From a bacterium (GTDB lineage Bacteria > SAR324 > NAC60-12), in the NCBI GenBank assembly GCA_965233585.1, contig CBDDTI010000718.1:1-21704 (forward strand): a DNA stretch of 21,704 nucleotides, given 5' to 3'. Positions within the stretch are counted from its first letter, which is position 1. Each line of letters opens with the position of its first letter. The notes under the pieces were generated by a model. The model saw only the letters and a list, made by a program, of their open reading frames with translations. It was not told where the DNA came from and made no database searches. Position numbers and translations under genes: made by a program. Positions 20,146 through 21,704 of the stretch are shown here, piece by piece.

Positions 20146-20502
20146 CGTCTGAAGCTCTCCGTAAAATGTAGAAACTGAAGGTGGGTGTGGTCATGTGGAC
20201 AACAGTGGGCACATTACATAAAATAATACACAAAATAATAAATCAATTAATTAATTAAGATAATTAAATTAATTAACCATTTAAACACAAATGAAGAGCT
20301 GAATAAATATGTAACTAAGTTATAGACTCACTGGCCGATGGAATATTTTAATTTTTAAAATACTTTCATATATAGTGTATTAATGATGCGTACGTATAGG
20401 TTACGGCAAACAGCGTGATTTTTTTTTACTTTTTAGTACTGTTCCCTTTTTCAAATTAGTTAATACGGAGAAAAAAATTCTGCAGCTCATTCCAGTCTGA
20501 TA

Positions 20503-20668
20503 AAAATGAGACACAGCCAGCAGAGATGAACTTCATTTTTTGAATGAGACTCAACGTTACGTGTGTTACTCTAGAAAGATTTTCAAAAGTAACTGTTGAA
20601 CTTTAAAATATATCATAGTGGTGAGGGGTCTGGAACCTAAATTAAGCAAGCCTGATTAATAAAAATGG
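20503..20668 (-). mobile_element. Decayed PLE 3' UTR homologous to about 16845-17060
   Basis: Minus strand TTGCTTAATTTAGGTTCCAGACCCCTCACC...TTCAACAGTTACTTTTGAAAAT matches TTGCTTAATCTAGGTTCCAGTCCCCTCACC...TTCAACGGTTACTTTTGAAAAT. The hammerhead is eroded. Confidence 0.75.
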
Positions 20669-20716
20669 CTAGAACCAAGTATTTATGTATTTGTTCCTCA
20701 CACTTAAATACGGTAT

Positions 20717-21704
20717 ATACATAAAAATGTTGCTCTAAAGGAAAGGTGGAGGTCATTTAGCATTATCTATATCCCGGATGATAGAAACTAGTTAGTCTCA
20801 AGCTACATAAAATAATCTATTTTGGTAAAAGAAATTCCCTTTACGGAAAATACGAAATGGGCCCAGTTGCACAACACAAATGGTTGGATTGCGTCTGATT
20901 TAACTTATTTGCGAGTTCAACGTTCCTCATATGGCACCTCCGCCTGCCATCTGACATAACGTTGATTCTAACTACAGGTAGCCTGCGTTGCAGGCCATCA
21001 TTTCTAAAAGCACGCGAGGGGAACGAAGCTGCGAGTGAGTGGGGGACGGGTGGGGCAAAAAAATGAACAATGATCATATCATTGCTTTCCTCTCCAACAC
21101 CTTCTTCTTTCTCCCCCATTTTTTTTTGTCGCCCCTCTCCACATCTTCCGATCCCCATTTATAGCTCACCCAAGGCGCGCTCGTTTGCTCGTGGGAAACG
21201 GAAGGGAAACATCTGCGATGTAGTCTAACTGTAGGTTTTTGTCTGTGTGTTTTCTGCTCTGGCTGCCTGACATTTCCAAATCTTAGGTTATTCGTGTAGC
21301 CAGCACACCTAACACTTGTTTTTTTTTTTTTTAAATAATCCATAACATACTGACAAATAATTTCTAAATCTGGATTTAAAAAAAAGTGTTTGTTTGGTGC
21401 TTGTCTTTTAAGTGTGTAAGATGTCTTCTAGTATACCCCGGTGAGGTCTCCCTGGTTGTATATTGTATGTTGTGTTTTAACCTGGGGTTGGTACTAGTTG
21501 CTTTTGTTGATCTGTCAAGTCTTATTCTCACTTGTGAGATAAGCACAATCATAAGCAGAAGAGGGTTCAAGGATGTTCACATGAGCAACATACGCATGCG
21601 CAGTGTGAGTCATGTCGGAAACATCTTCGTATATTAATAAGAAATAACGCACAAACTGCAGTGACAAACATGACAAGAAACCGCATGTTAGAAAACAAAA
21701 TTAT
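20717..21704 (+). repeat. Direct repeat copy 2; runs off the right edge while entering a copy of the PLE left arm (from about 21634)
   Basis: Near-identical to 1918-2908, apart from scattered substitutions and small indels. Confidence 0.97.

Noticed and set aside
20545..20592. Fifth hammerhead in the decayed PLE UTR
   Set aside because: GAAA is mutated to GTAA and stems I and II are disrupted.

Overview
Repeat-rich, AT-rich animal genomic DNA; the repeat types and the intronless TRIM-NHL gene suggest a cnidarian, probably a stony coral (inference). The only host-type gene is an intronless RING-Bbox-Bbox-coiled-coil-Filamin-NHL E3 ligase (TRIM71/TRIM2/3-like, 6209-8480, +). It is split by one extra base in an A8C4 run and has a duplicated promoter/start region just upstream. 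The two ends of the window are near-identical direct repeats (1918-2908 and 20717-21704, offset about 18.8 kb), suggesting a tandem segmental duplication that carries this gene. Penelope-like retroelements (PLEs) are prominent: a young RT+GIY-YIG copy with an inverted 5' part (1-1917), a 1.35-kb head-to-head palindromic pair (2838-4183), a 3' fragment (about 16393-17066) and a decayed 3' UTR (about 20503-20668). Four PLE 3' UTRs carry minimal hammerhead ribozyme motifs, two with a compensatory U3:A8 core. The rest is LINE fragments, SINEs, MITEs, and short relic exons resembling a MADF protein and a Crypton/DUF3504 recombinase. I see no evidence of a wholly new system; family assignments come from motif recognition, not database searches.
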